From: a virus
Lineage: Duplodnaviria > Caudoviricetes
Length of the DNA stretch: 37,937 nt
Direction: 5' to 3' (one strand)
IMG/VR virus record: IMGVR_UViG_3300024232_000038
Coordinates: 1 to 37,937 of that record
The notes beneath the pieces are model-generated. The model had not been told where the DNA came from and ran no database searches. It saw only the letters and a program-made list of their open reading frames with translations. The position numbers and the translations under genes were made by a program. Below, piece after piece: positions 34,121-37,937 of this stretch (positions are counted from its first letter, which is position 1; every line of letters begins with the position of its first letter).

Positions 34121-35643
34121 TACACCTCACTCCCTAGCTCATCGTCGTAGAGGTCAACTTCCCGCTGGCGCTTCAGCACGTCCATCGCCTCGGCATGGAC
34201 CGACGTGTCGTGGCCCATGAACTGCGACGGCTCCGGCATCAGCGGCAGCAGCACCCCGGCCAGGCCGAGGGCAATCTCCACCGCGTCCAGCACGTCGTCC
34301 TTCGGATTCTTCATCTGCGAGTCGTACATGACCCACTCGTCGATGAACTCGTTGTGACGGCGGTGAATGCGGATCTTGCCGATCTTGAACAGCGGGGCCA
34401 TCGCCAGGATGCGCTCCCACTTCTTCCCGCGCGACATGATCGGGACGATGCCCGGGAACCCGTCCAGCCGCGATGCCTGCTGCACCAGCGCCCGCTGGTA
34501 CGCGTTGGCCTCGATGCCGATGAGTTCCGGGCGGTACTTCAGCTGCCACTCCCGGATCTTGTCCAGCTGGTCCGGGAAGGCGATGCGGTCCTTGTAGACG
34601 TCCAGGAGGAACGCCTGCGTGTTGTCCTTCGTGATGCCGATGAGGACCATGGCGAAGTAGTCCGCCGTGTCGCTGAGGCTGATCGCCGGGTCCACCCCGA
34701 TGTAGGTCCGAAGCTCCAGTTTGCCCCCGTCTGTGCGGGGGATCTGGATGTCGTCCGGGCCGTCCGGGACGCCCAGCGTGTAGTAGTGCAGCCAGTCGCC
34801 CTGCAACTCCACGCCGTGCATGGCTTTGAAGCTGGCCATGTACTCGCGCTTGAAGATGATGGGGTGCCGGTCGCGCTTCTCGCGCTCCCATTCCTCCATC
34901 GGGAAGTACGGGTTGTCGATGCTGGTGTACTCCACCGAGAAGATGGTGGGGTCCGCGAACGCGGCCTCTGACCAGAATTCCTCGTAGAACCAGTTCTCCC
35001 CGATGGGGGTCGTGGTCGTGATGAGGATGCCCAGCTTGTCCGCCATGGCCGGGCGCACGACGTCCCACGCGTCCCGGTTCGGAACGAATGCGGCCTCGTC
35101 CACCCACAGAATGTCAAGACCCGCGCCTCGGAGGGACTGCGGATCGTCAGCGGTCTTGAACTCGACGAGCGTGCCCGAGCGTTTGAACTCGAACACCTTC
35201 TCCACCTTGTTGTAGGTGTAGTCCTTGTCCTTGATGAGTCCGGACTGACGGATGACTTCTAGGAACGTGAGCAGGCTAGGCCGCCCGATCTTGTAGTCCT
35301 TTGCGAGCGCCCATATCCAGAGGGGCCGGTCGCTGTCCTCGCCGTGTACGTCCCGGTGGAACTGCTCCGGGAACATGGCGTAGAACAGCACTTCCCATGC
35401 CGCCGAGAGGGTCTTGCCCCCACGACGGCCCGCGACGAGGTGCCTGAATCGCGTGATGCGCCCCGCAGTAGTGGCGAAGTGGAAGGCCGTCTGGTACAGG
35501 TGGGGCTTGTAGCCCTTGCTGAGGAACCAGTACAGCTTCGTCGGAAACTGCCCCACCATGCTGGGGAGCAGCGTCGTCAGATCGGCCTCGGTCACGTCGC
35601 CCTCAGCCGTCTGGCTTTTGAGCCTGTGGGGGTTGGCGATCAA
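34120..35643 (-). CDS. terL: Terminase large subunit
   Basis: Walker A AGRRGGKT, LRGAGLD, Walker B LWVDEAA, TTTP, nuclease GVDPA and DDVLDA; AGGAGG SD with TTG start. Confidence 0.93.
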   Translation of the reverse strand: MIANPHRLKSQTAEGDVTEADLTTLLPSMVGQFPTKLYWFLSKGYKPHLYQTAFHFATTAGRITRFRHLVAGRRGGKTLSAAWEVLFYAMFPEQFHRDVHGEDSDRPLWIWALAKDYKIGRPSLLTFLEVIRQSGLIKDKDYTYNKVEKVFEFKRSGTLVEFKTADDPQSLRGAGLDILWVDEAAFVPNRDAWDVVRPAMADKLGILITTTTPIGENWFYEEFWSEAAFADPTIFSVEYTSIDNPYFPMEEWEREKRDRHPIIFKREYMASFKAMHGVELQGDWLHYYTLGVPDGPDDIQIPRTDGGKLELRTYIGVDPAISLSDTADYFAMVLIGITKDNTQAFLLDVYKDRIAFPDQLDKIREWQLKYRPELIGIEANAYQRALVQQASRLDGFPGIVPIMSRGKKWERILAMAPLFKIGKIRIHRRHNEFIDEWVMYDSQMKNPKDDVLDAVEIALGLAGVLLPLMPEPSQFMGHDTSVHAEAMDVLKRQREVDLYDDELGSEV

Positions 35644-35651
35644 GAGTCCTC

Positions 35652-35828
35652 CTAATGGTGCCGCCTGCGCGGCTTCTTGTGGTGCTTGGGTTTCGGGTCC
35701 TCCGCGCGCATGGCGCGATTGTTCTCGTAGGCGTCAGGATTGATGACATCGAAGCCATGCTCCTGCACCCACGCCCAACCGAACTTGGCCGCTAGCGCCC
35801 GCTGCTGCTTACGATTTTTCGCTGGCAT
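35652..35828 (-). CDS. 58-aa basic protein (MPAKNRKQQRALAAKFG...KHHKKPRRRHH)
   Basis: Read by hand. GGAGG SD; MPxKxxKQxR start; its stop overlaps the terL SD. Confidence 0.7.
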   Translation of the reverse strand: MPAKNRKQQRALAAKFGWAWVQEHGFDVINPDAYENNRAMRAEDPKPKHHKKPRRRHH

Positions 35829-35967
35829 TTGGCCTCCGCGTCCCGTCGTTCGGACACGTGCGCCAGTAGTACTTGAGTTGCCGCCCGCAGTCCGGACAGA
35901 TCCAGTCTTTCCCCTTGGGCAGGACGCGCCTGCGCCCAGCCCCCGTGAAGCTCCAAGCGATGTGCAT
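35809..35967 (-). CDS. 52-aa Zn-ribbon-like protein (WICPDCG..CPNDG)
   Basis: ATG coupled to the upstream TAA (TAATG); C-terminal part of track ORF 35809..36324. Confidence 0.6.
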   Translation of the reverse strand: MHIAWSFTGAGRRRVLPKGKDWICPDCGRQLKYYWRTCPNDGTRRPNASEKS

Positions 35968-36914
35968 TACGGCATCCCCGCCCAATCGGCAGGCGTCATG
36001 TTGACGCTGTACACGCACACGGTCGGCCACAGGTATCCCGCCTGGTTGTAGTCGGGGATGTGCGGCTCCCACGCGGCGGGTGAGGACGAGTCCGAGTGAC
36101 CGTCGTACACCGCGATGCACATGGAGCACACCGGGAGATTGTGGTTGTCGGGCTTCCGCGTCTTGTCCTGGTTCCAGTAGAACTCGTTGATGACGAAGAA
36201 CTGCCCCGTGCTGATGAGGTGCTGCGCCTGCGGGTCGGTGAAGAAGTCGGAGAGGTTGGCGATGCCGACCTTCACCCCGTTCTCCACGGCCTTCTGGAAG
36301 CGGACGAGTAGTTCCACGTCGCACCAGATTTCGGCCGGAGTGTTCGGGTCCTTACCGCCGAGGATGGCGGCGACTTCCTGCGCCCGCGCGTGGCTGACCT
36401 GATCGGGGACATACCAGACCACCGGCTCCTTGCCCGCGGCCCGGATGAGGTCGCCGTTCGCCCGCGTGACCCACTGACTGTATACCGGGTTCGGGTCAGC
36501 GGTGAACGCCACGATCTTGCAGTTGTGCCACATGAGTGCGTCCATCGGGTTCTGCCCGCAAATCGCGGCCTTCTGGTAGCGGGCTGCCGCTGCCGGTGGG
36601 GCCGGGGGCACGGGAGGTGCCGGTGCCACGGCCGGGGGCGGGGACCAGTGTGCCGCGCGCCACTCCTTGCGCAACTGCCAGGCGAAGGGCTGGACCGGGA
36701 GGCCGATGCGCCACACCTTCGGGCGCGGCCCCTTCTTGCCGGACTCCAGCCAGGCGTTCCACATCGCCCACTGTGCCCACCATTGCGTCACACGATCGAA
36801 CTCCTTGCGGCCGAGGTCGGCCACGGAGATGTGCGGATGGCCGATCCACGGCTTCGGCCCGAGGCCAAAGTGATAACGCGTGATGGCCTGAAACTGCTCT
36901 TTGCTAAGCGTCAT
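35967..36914 (-). CDS. Modular protein: Trp-rich N-domain, Pro/Ala linker, putative glycoside-hydrolase-like catalytic domain
   Basis: N-domain shares RPKxW..VxP..W..R with the amidase C-terminus; linker PPPAVAPAPPVPPAPPAAAA; alternating beta/alpha pattern with WCDVE and INEFYW. Confidence 0.5.
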   Translation of the reverse strand: MTLSKEQFQAITRYHFGLGPKPWIGHPHISVADLGRKEFDRVTQWWAQWAMWNAWLESGKKGPRPKVWRIGLPVQPFAWQLRKEWRAAHWSPPPAVAPAPPVPPAPPAAAARYQKAAICGQNPMDALMWHNCKIVAFTADPNPVYSQWVTRANGDLIRAAGKEPVVWYVPDQVSHARAQEVAAILGGKDPNTPAEIWCDVELLVRFQKAVENGVKVGIANLSDFFTDPQAQHLISTGQFFVINEFYWNQDKTRKPDNHNLPVCSMCIAVYDGHSDSSSPAAWEPHIPDYNQAGYLWPTVCVYSVNMTPADWAGMP

Positions 36915-37690
36915 TGTCCGGGTACCCCCACTGATCTGAAGTCTCCGCGGAGGAACCTCTCGATCTGCTCCGCAGCGAGGTCAACCTCCACCTGCCACCC
37001 GCCTAGCTCGACTCGGCGCTGAAAGTACTTGAGCGCCTCCGCGTACTTCCCCTGGTCACGGAGCGCGTTGGCGAGGTAGAAGCACGCTCGTGCGTTGTTG
37101 GGGTCCTGCTCCAATTCATGCTTCAACATGGCCTCGTCCTCGGATGCCTTGCGCCCTCGACGTGCCCCGTCTGCGTAATGCTCCAACTCCCACCACGTAC
37201 ACTCGCCCTTGCTAGTGGGGCGGGGTGTGATGCACGCGAGGTACTCGTGCGTCGTCCCGACGTAGGCCCACTTCAGCCCGCTCTTGATGAGGCGGGGAGT
37301 CTTGCAGTCGTCCCCCCGCGTGTACACGTTGTACATGTCGGCGGTCAGCTGCTCGGGCCTGTCGCCCGTGATGGTGAGTTCGTTGTCGGCGTCCATGAGC
37401 AGGAGGTAGTCCCCGAGTTCCTGTGCCCGAGCGATCAACTCCGCGCGATTATGCCCGAAATTGACCCACTCGCTGTGGAACAGAAACCCGGGAACCCCCT
37501 CCATCATCAGCTGCGCTAGCGTCGCAGACTGATCTTCGGAGCCTGTGTCCATGATGCACCAGGCGTCTACGAATGGACGAACCGATTTGAGACATCGCTG
37601 GAGAACGGGGAACTCGTCCTTCATCATCATCGTGAACACAACGGTTGATCGCTGGGATTCACGACGCTTGGGGTACTGCCCTGTACTCAA
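36911..37690 (-). CDS. Glycosyltransferase family 2 with C-terminal TPR
   Basis: MMMKDE..LQRCL.SV, DTGSED, W.NFG.NR, LLMDAD, Y.G.THEY; TPR PNNARACFYLANALRDQGKYAEA; AAGGAGG SD with TTG start. Confidence 0.88.
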   Translation of the reverse strand: MSTGQYPKRRESQRSTVVFTMMMKDEFPVLQRCLKSVRPFVDAWCIMDTGSEDQSATLAQLMMEGVPGFLFHSEWVNFGHNRAELIARAQELGDYLLLMDADNELTITGDRPEQLTADMYNVYTRGDDCKTPRLIKSGLKWAYVGTTHEYLACITPRPTSKGECTWWELEHYADGARRGRKASEDEAMLKHELEQDPNNARACFYLANALRDQGKYAEALKYFQRRVELGGWQVEVDLAAEQIERFLRGDFRSVGVPGQ

Positions 37691-37699
37691 CGTGCCTCC

Positions 37700-37936
37700 T
37701 TAATAGGATACGACAAAGACGGCACCCTTGCCGCCCTTACCTCCGGTACCGCTGGTCGTGGTCGAGTTACCACCACCTGCTCCGCCGCCACCGCCTCCGC
37801 ATGCACCGCCGGGTCCGCCTGTAGAGCTAGCTGCGGCCGTGCTGCGTCCGCCGCCGCCTCCGCCTCCGTGACCGCCCCAGGAGATAGTGCCGTCCGTGCC
37901 GGTTCCACCCGTGCCGCCGGTAGAGCCGGCACGGAC
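37700..37936 (-). CDS. 3' end of a glycine-rich tail-fibre-type protein (5'-truncated)
   Basis: Hand translation: ...GGTGGTGTDG..GGHGGGGGGG..GGGGGGAGGG..SGTGGKGGKGAVFVVSY*. Typical GGxGGxGxVxVxY ending; stop abuts the GT2 SD. Confidence 0.8.
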   Translation of the reverse strand, partial: VRAGSTGGTGGTGTDGTISWGGHGGGGGGGRSTAAASSTGGPGGACGGGGGGAGGGNSTTTSGTGGKGGKGAVFVVSY

Positions 37937-37937
37937 G

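Noticed and set aside
37687-37932. Track ORF of 81 aa (MPALPAARVEP...)
   Set aside because: Wrong frame: the Gly-rich frame ending at TAA 37700 has a recognisable fibre terminus and leaves the GT SD intact.
1-37937. Prophage boundaries, integrase, att sites or host genes
   Set aside because: All recognisable genes are phage-type and both ends cut through genes; lifestyle cannot be determined from this window.

Overview
A GC-rich, densely packed fragment of a tailed dsDNA phage genome, truncated at both ends. It is probably a podovirus (portal, adaptor, nozzle and ejection proteins; no tape-measure, tail-tube or sheath gene recognised). The host is inferred to be an actinobacterium or other Gram-positive-type bacterium. 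Two arms converge on a bidirectional terminator at about 14.5 kb. The + arm (1-14478) holds a glutamine amidotransferase / amidoligase / ATP-grasp cluster of the phiEco32 type with interspersed micro-ORFs, a degenerate LAGLIDADG-like gene, a structured intergenic control region, sigma-like genes and a Cas4-like nuclease plus Rad52-like annealase. It continues with a family A DNA polymerase split into two genes around an inserted 59-aa ORF, a dATP/dGTP diphosphohydrolase, HAD phosphatase, primase-helicase, resolvase, SSB, exonuclease and ClpP. The - arm (14541-37937), in transcription order, holds a Gly-rich fibre end, a GT2-TPR glycosyltransferase, a putative second cell-wall enzyme, TerL, portal, head fibre, TerS-like HTH, scaffold, major capsid, adaptor, nozzle, fibre, Q/G-rich ejection proteins and a lysis cassette. 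No tRNA, CRISPR array, integrase or IS element was recognised. All calls come from reading motifs by eye; no database search was run.
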